Source: an uncultured virus (IMG/VR IMGVR_UViG_3300017763_003721)
Lineage: Duplodnaviria; Heunggongvirae; Uroviricota; Caudoviricetes
Length of the DNA: 20,000 bases
Strand: one strand, 5' to 3'
IMG/VR virus record: IMGVR_UViG_3300017763_003721
Under the pieces are notes generated by a model, which worked only from the letters and a program-made list of their open reading frames with translations, ran no database searches and was not told where the DNA came from. Below are positions 6,107 to 13,500 of the stretch, piece after piece. Made by a program: the position numbers and the translations under genes. Numbering within the stretch: position 1 is the stretch's first letter; each line of letters starts with the position of its first letter.

Positions 6107-6338
6107 AATGTAAATCCTTAAATTCTTTAATCATATTGACTTTTGTTTTGCGTCTATCAAGTTCTACACCATGTGTACGAGCTAGTTCTTCCAACTCTTT
6201 TTTGGTTAATCCTTTTAGTACGCTATCAGCAGGAAACTTTTTAGGTGCTTTTCCTGTGTCTACTACACCAGCTTTGATTACAGGCTCTTTCTTTACAGGT
6301 TCTGGGCCTTTAAACAAGTTTGCTAAAAATTTGAACAT
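6093..6338 (-). CDS. Small basic protein with Rho-N/SAP-like helix-extension-helix motif (81 aa)
   Basis: Start MFKFLANLFK after GGAGAAAGGA SD. LKGLTKKELEELARTHGVELDRRKTKVNMIKEF fits the HeH pattern. Confidence 0.72.
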   Translation of the reverse strand: MFKFLANLFKGPEPVKKEPVIKAGVVDTGKAPKKFPADSVLKGLTKKELEELARTHGVELDRRKTKVNMIKEFKDLHSKKK

Positions 6339-6374
6339 AATCCTTTCTCCAGTTTGGGTTAATAATGTCAACTT

Positions 6375-6382
6375 TATTTATA
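6375..6382 (-). promoter_or_regulatory. T4-type late promoter TATAAATA
   Basis: Exact TATAAATA on the minus strand 36 nt upstream of the 6338 start. A divergent CTTAAATA is present on plus at 6413-6420. Confidence 0.7.
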
Positions 6383-6450
6383 AGTATGCATATAACTACA
6401 TTTAGATAGTGGCTTAAATAGTAGTGTTAACAAACTAATGGAGAAACATA

Positions 6451-6621
6451 ATGAACCCAATTGATTGGATCAAAGCTCGACTTGAAGAACGTACATCATG
6501 GGATGGTGCAGCACTTATTGCACTTGGAATTGTTGTACTTATTGCAAAACCTTTAGCAGGTATCTTAGCATATGCGGCAATTGCATATGGCGCTTGGACT
6601 ATTTGGAAACAAGAAGACTAG
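6451..6621 (+). CDS. Small membrane protein, 56 aa, two predicted TM helices
   Basis: Not in ORF track. GGAG SD, then MNPIDWIKARLEERTSWDGAALIALGIVVLIAKPLAGILAYAAIAYGAWTIWKQED*. Confidence 0.8.
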   Translation: MNPIDWIKARLEERTSWDGAALIALGIVVLIAKPLAGILAYAAIAYGAWTIWKQED

Positions 6622-6625
6622 TTCG

Positions 6626-6844
6626 TTGGTTAAGCCTAACACAACTTTTAAATTATCAGTAAGAGACATAGAAGTTATTGAACAAGCATTGCGGGCGAAG
6701 GCAGGTCGAAGAGGCTTAGCTATTGCTGAAGGGGAGACTTCTCCCCAACTAAGAGAAGAAATGAAAGAAATACAAGAACTACTAGGAAGAATATACCATC
6801 AGAAAAATTGGTATCGCCCTAAAGGTAAATTCGTAAGCGGCTAA
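6626..6844 (+). CDS. Hypothetical protein (about 72 aa)
   Basis: Open frame from the track (6572-6844). Start moved to TTG 6626, just after the upstream stop, to avoid overlap with the membrane-protein gene. Confidence 0.6.
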   Translation: MVKPNTTFKLSVRDIEVIEQALRAKAGRRGLAIAEGETSPQLREEMKEIQELLGRIYHQKNWYRPKGKFVSG

Positions 6845-7128
6845 AGTTTACCAATAGGCGTAGTACTAGAAGCAGTCATATTCCACACTTGTTTCTTTTC
6901 TACGCCTTTTTTTTGTGCAAACCTTTTTGCATCGCAACTACTACACACATGGAAATAGTTATTTGTTAACCGCTTAGGATCCATAGATCCTCTAGGTCTA
7001 GTAAATTCAGTATCGCAACTGTCGCACCTTAGTACTACAAAAGTTTGAAATCTATTGTATCTATGTGTGTTTCCTAGCTTGCTAGTACGTGTGTGCCGGG
7101 TTTCTTTTTTAAATTCTTTTAAGAACAT
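6841..7128 (-). CDS. Basic zinc-ribbon protein (CxxC...CxxC), 95 aa
   Basis: RCDSCDTEF...HVCSSCD. Start chosen at MFLKEFKK (CAT 7126-7128), 5 nt downstream of a GTTAAATA box. Confidence 0.72.
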   Translation of the reverse strand: MFLKEFKKETRHTRTSKLGNTHRYNRFQTFVVLRCDSCDTEFTRPRGSMDPKRLTNNYFHVCSSCDAKRFAQKKGVEKKQVWNMTASSTTPIGKL

Positions 7129-7162
7129 AACTATATTTAACATTAAGATTATAAAACTGTTC

Positions 7163-7170
7163 GATAAATA
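7163..7170 (+). promoter_or_regulatory. Late-type promoter GATAAATA for iscA and giant fibre operon
   Basis: CGATAAATA followed by TAAGGAG SD and ATG 7192. The same 9-mer occurs at 3566-3574 and 17864-17872. Confidence 0.65.
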
Positions 7171-7191
7171 CATATGAATTAAGGAGCTCCA

Positions 7192-7563
7192 ATGACCATT
7201 TGCACACTAACTGAAGCAGCCAAACAACAAGTCAACACATTATGCGAAGAAAATAATTGCTATGCAGTTAGTTTAAACCTCTCTGGTGGCGGCTGTGCAG
7301 GTTTCCAGTATGACTGGAATTCTGTAGAAAAAGAGGAAGACGTAGAGAAAATGGATATTACTATTGATACAGGATCGGGGAATTTTGTTATTGGAGCTCA
7401 TAGTATAATGTTTTTAGCAGGTACAGAAGTAGATTATGTAAAATCTTTTGTAGGACAAACATTTGAGATTAGAAACCCAAATACAAAATCAGAGTGTGGA
7501 TGTGGAGTGAGCATTAACTTTGATATGGATAAATTAGATAACTCGCTGGCAACAGCGGTATAA
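7192..7563 (+). CDS. iscA: A-type Fe-S cluster carrier (IscA/ErpA/HesB family)
   Basis: TLTEAAK, GGGCAGFQY, GTEVDY and NPNTKSECGCGVS: all three conserved Cys are present. Confidence 0.9.
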   Translation: MTICTLTEAAKQQVNTLCEENNCYAVSLNLSGGGCAGFQYDWNSVEKEEDVEKMDITIDTGSGNFVIGAHSIMFLAGTEVDYVKSFVGQTFEIRNPNTKSECGCGVSINFDMDKLDNSLATAV

Positions 7564-7578
7564 CGGAGCATTTAGAGA

Positions 7579-10500
7579 ATGGCAAAGCAAAATGTAGACA
7601 TTGGTGTAGAAGGTAATGACGGCACTGGTGATAGTATTAGAGAATCGTTTCGTAAGGTAAACGAAAACTTTACTGAACTGTATGCTGTATTTGGTATTGG
7701 TGGACAAATATCTTTTACAGATCTAAGTGATACACCGTCAACATATCAAGGTAACGAAAATAAAGTGCCTGCCGTTGCTGGTGATGGCAGTGGTATGAAT
7801 TTGTTACAACTTGCTTCTAATAATGCATTAGATGGTACTATTGATACTATTGGTTTTGATTACAGTGTAAGTGGAAAACTTATTATTAGACAACTTGTAT
7901 CCAAAGTGTCTAATGACCCAATACCTGTATTAGGTGGACCGTTAGATGCGGCAACTCAGCCAATTGCAAACGTAGCAGTAACGCAAGCAGCTATTGATAC
8001 ATTTAATGCTGTACACAATACACAGTATACAGTTTCAGACTTAGTTATTAACAAAGCGTATGCTGACAGCAATTATCAAACTAAAGACGTGCCAGGTGGC
8101 GGAATTAGATTAGCAGATGAGCCTAGTGATGCTTCAGCTTATACAATTACCATTACTAGTCTAAACTTAGGCAACATGATAGTTAATAATCATGGATTGC
8201 CTGGTTCATATACTGGTTCTCCTTTTGTTTGGACTTCAACTGGTACTGATCCTACAAATGTTACTACCGGTCAGCAATATTTTATAAGAGTTATAGATGC
8301 TAATACACTAAGCTTCCATTCTACATCAACAGGCGCAATTGCTGGAACTGGTAGACTATTAATGTCAGGTGGTTCAGGAACGTTTACTATTAGAGATGCT
8401 GCTTATGATTCTTCACTTAGTGGTAATTGGTTAAACAATGTAGCACTTCCTAGAAAATCAGTAGTACGTAGACAAGGTGATACAATGACAGGTGCTTTAA
8501 ACTTGTTTGATCATCCAGGCGAACTTTCAGGTAAAGGTACACCATATGGTCCAGATGACTTACAAGCAGTATCAAAACTATATGTAGACAATGTTGCGGC
8601 TACTAGTGATGTAAACATATTTGTTACTATGAAAGGTGATGACACACAACGCTTTACTCCAGATGGAAAGCAAGGTCGTGCAATTGGATATGCATACAAA
8701 ACTATAAATGCTGCATCAAGAAAAGCTGAAGAAATAATTATTTCGGCACCGCCTGAGCCAGGTCCGTATATGCAGACACTGACTTACAACACAGGTGTTA
8801 ATTTATCAACAATTAATACAGCAGGTATTACTTCACCAATTAGCGGTCGAACAAATGCTAGAACACTTATTATAAACAACAAAGAATTTGTTGCTAAAGA
8901 AGTTACAGCATACATGAATGCAACATATCCAGATCATGTAGGTGATTATAATGAAGAAGATTTTGAAAAGCGTATTGAAGAAATACTTGATAGTGTTTCT
9001 TTAGATTCTTTGTTAGGAAACAACGCAAACTTCTTATCTAGATATGCAGGTTTAACTTACTATGCAAGCGTTGAAGGCCAAACACTCATTGGTACACAAA
9101 AAACAGAAACAGTTGCAGGTATTACCTATGCTAAAAATATTGTTAAAAATTATATTTTAACAAACACAGCAGTACCAACAAGTTATCAAACACAAGTTAC
9201 ACAATTTATAAACGGTTCAATCACTCCAGATGCGACTGCTGACGATGCTATCGATGCAAAGTTTCAAATTGTATTAGATGTAATTAATAATGGAGCATTG
9301 AATGCTCCGCAAATTGTTGATGGTACAACGACCTATAAGATTAATGCAAACAATGGTAACTTTGGTTTCTTAGATCAAGCTAATCCAAACAACACAGATG
9401 TTATTCCTGGTAAAGTTATAAGAGGTAAAACATCTGGTGCTATCGGACTGATGGTAGATTATAAACACGAGTCTGGATCACGAGCAGTAAGTATTGCTAC
9501 TACAGACGAAATTGAACTACAATTATTAAAACCAATTGAATTTATACCAGGTGAAGAATTAGAATACGGTAACGTACAAAATGAAACACAGGTTGTAATT
9601 GTTGTTGAGTCAGGCATTTATGACGAAGACTTTCCAATTAAAGTTCCAAACAACGTTTCTATTAGAGGTGACGAGCAACGTAGAGTTATTGTAAGACCTA
9701 AGAATAGAATATCTCAATCAAGATACGCTGATACGTATTTCTATAGAGACGCTGAATTTGATGGTATGGTTCTAGGTGTTTCAGAAATAAACACACTTAG
9801 ATTTGAAACTCAAATTAATTCATCTAGAACAGCAGGAACCTACACTGTAACTAGTGCTAATATGACTACAAGCAATATTGGCACTGGAGCAACTTTAACA
9901 ATTATAATTGATAGTAATGGTGCAGTAACATCTGCAACTCCTACAGTAAAAGGTAAAAACTTTGTTAAAGAAGAATTAATTACTATTGAAGACTCTCAGT
10001 TAGGTAGTGGCGGCGCACCCGCAATTAATATTACTGTTGATACTATTCTTAATGGTGACGTGTATAAAAACCCGCTCACAGGAACATTTGATGGATACTT
10101 TGGTTATCACTATTTAGAAAAACCAGGAAGTTTAAAAAATATAGGCGCTGGTTACACTAACGTAGGAAACTGGGAAACATCGGCACTTACATTTATTGAC
10201 AACAAAGAATTTATTCAAGAACAGGTCGTAAACTATATTGAAACGACATATCCTTCATTGCCAGCAGGAGCAGTATATTCTAGGGCAAAATGGTTCGGTT
10301 GGACTGGACAAATAGTTGATGCTATTATAAAAGATTTAAGATTAGGTGGTAATGAATTTGTTTTGCAAGAGCAAGGCGACATTTACCAAGAAGGTTTAAC
10401 TAGTCCAAATCTAATTAGCAGTGTACATGACGAATGGGTAGCAGGTGTTGCACACATATACACAATGGCAAACAAATTGCTACAAGGACAAGCACCTAGT

Positions 10501-13500
10501 ACATTATACAACCAATCGGGCGGGACTGCAAGTGATAGAGTATATGCACAAGATTTAACTAATGGTGATTCTGCTCCAGCTACTTGGACTACAGGTAAAT
10601 TATACAAATTGCAAGATGTAGTTAAATTTACATCAGCAGGTGTTATAAGATATTATGTTCCAAAACTGCAACATACTTCTGGTGTTACATTTGATGCAAC
10701 AGAAATTGCAACATATTGGACTGAAATAGATACAATAGATACTACTATACTTAATTTTATAAACTCTGTAAACTTTGCATTTAATACATCTTACAATCCA
10801 CCTAAGCACAATAGAGATCAAGACGTATTTTTATTAAACGATGCTACTATTCTACGTAATATGACTGTGCAAGGTCATGGTGGATTTATGGGTGTGCTTG
10901 ATCCAGATGGACAAATACTTACTAAATCACCGTACATACAAACAGGATCTAGTTTTGCTGCAAGTTTAAACAAGCAAGCATTTAGAGGCGGACTATATAC
11001 AGATGCATTTGTAGGTAACTCAGCTATTCAAGTTACTGGCAGAGTAAGTAATGATCCTTTTACTCTAAATATTAAAAGTTTAGGATCACAATCACAACCA
11101 CAAGGGTTGTTTGTAAGAAAACCGCAAACTCCTTGTGCGTTTTACATTGATGGCAGAAGATTCCAAGTTAACGCAATTACAAATTATGATAAATCATTAG
11201 GAACAGCTATCCTTGTACTAGACAGAAGTTCAAATAGCGGTACAGGATTTACAGGCACTACTAGTGAACTTATTACAGGATTTAATCTTACACAAGTAGG
11301 AACATTTCAATTTGAAGTTGCTAAATGCGAAAGAGATACAGGTTATATTTTAGACGCTGTACAGTTTGATTTAGCACTTGGCACAAATTATAACGCGGTA
11401 ACAAACGGATTAGCATATCAACGTAACGTTGTAAGTACATACTTACAATCAAATCAAAAAGCACAAACTATTGCAGCTATCCAAGTTACTAAAGCTAAAA
11501 CTGCCGCACTATCAAGTGTTGCAGGTGACGCAACAGCATTATCAAGATCAAATGCTGCTTTCGATGAAATTATTGATATACTTGACAATGGTGCATTAGG
11601 AACTGAAACTGCTGCAGATACAATTACTTTCTCAGCACCGAGTGCATTACCTTACGCTAAGTCAGTAGAAGCACGTACAAAGCTACAAGAAAATAGAACA
11701 TTTTTAGGTGCAGAAGCAGTAGCATTTATTAATCTTAATAGTCCAGCACCAGGATATGATGAAGTTAAATGTGCTAGAGATGTAAGATTTATTATTGATG
11801 CTATTACTTACGATATCAACTACGGTGGTAATACTGCATCAAGACAAGCCGCACGTTCATATATTGATGATGGTGTAGCTGTATTAGCAGCAGCTGAAGT
11901 TACTCCAACAGTTAATGCAATGAATCATATTAAAGGATTATTGTCAGATATTGTAAACGGCGTAAGTTTTACTAAATCAACAGGCAACGCAGAAACACAG
12001 GTAACAGCAGGCTTAACAGCTGATGCTACTACAGCAACACAATTAGGTGTGTTGATTGATATTATAATCAATGTAATTCAAGCATCAAACTTAAACAGTG
12101 TACCAGCAATTGTTAAACCATCGATTACATGGGCAACAGCAGGACTACAAGCTGCACATGGTGCAATTGACACTAACAGAGCATTAATTATTAGGCAAAC
12201 TGTGCAAAGTGTTGCATCGCCGATCGACATTACACTACAAACAGCTGGTAACAGAAGTATGTTAGGTAATGACTTTACACAAATTAACGACTTGGGCTAT
12301 GGTCTAGTTGCTGTAAACGGTGGCATATCAGAAATGGTATCTATGTTTACATACTACTGTCATGTAAGTTACTATTCTAAAAACGGTTCTCAAATTAGAT
12401 CTTTAACAGGGTCTAGTTGTTACGGCGAATTTGGATTAGTTGCTGAAGGATCAGATCCAAACGAAATTCCAGACGCTGTATCTCTAGCAGAAGATATGGT
12501 TATGCCGGGCAAGATATTCTCAGCTTCAGTTATATTACAAACTACAGGACCTGTAGTTGGCGTAGCCGGCGAAACATTTACACAAGCATCAACAGGTGCA
12601 ACAGGTGTAGTTGTTATATCAACAGGTGCTAACGGTAATAGTCAAATTTATTTACGAGATACTACAGGAAGTTTCGACACAACAAACACAATTACAGGAA
12701 GCACCACAGGCGCATTAGGTGCTAACAGTGTACCCCTTTCAGTTGATGCAACAGGTTACACAAACGCAGCAGCTACAGCTTATATGTATGTGTATGATAT
12801 GAAAGATGTACCGTCAAACAGATCAGAATTTGATATCTATCATACTAATGCATCACCAAATGCTGTACTAGGAAGATACGAAGTAAGCAATGTAGAATTA
12901 GCTACTCCGCACCTGGGTGCATTTAATGGAGTAGGTGTAGGTGGCACACCGCCCATTACAGCAACACAGACCGTTGCAGAAGCTGGAGCTACTGGTGCAA
13001 GATTCCAAGTACGCAAAACAAAAACTGATGGATATACTGTTGTAATTAAAACACCAGGTACAGATTATAGAGAAAATGATACATTCTTAGTTACAGGTGA
13101 TAAGCTAGGCGGAGCAACTCCTGCAAACGATGCTACTATTACAGTAACACAAGTTGATGCGGGAGATAGTACTCCAAGCACAGGTGCAATAACAGGCGCA
13201 AGTATCTCGGGTACAGCTCTTACTACAACAGATGACACGCCAACTTACAGTGGAGCAGTTTATAAATTAAACTTCTCAACATCATCTGCACAATATGCAC
13301 AAAACGGTATTGTTGCATCTCCAACGCACAACGATCTTATAAACTATAGACGCAACGAAACACATATATTTAATGACTTAGCACAGCCAGATTTACTTAC
13401 TATTAGACCAAGTACTGCGGTATTGTTTAATGAGAATCCAGGAAACTTTTATAGATCAATATCATTTTTAACTAGCAACAGTTTAGGTACAACATTAGGT

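Noticed and set aside
6572..6625. N-terminal extension of ORF 6572-6844
   Set aside because: Overlaps the better-supported 6451-6621 membrane-protein gene; TTG 6626 is the more plausible start.
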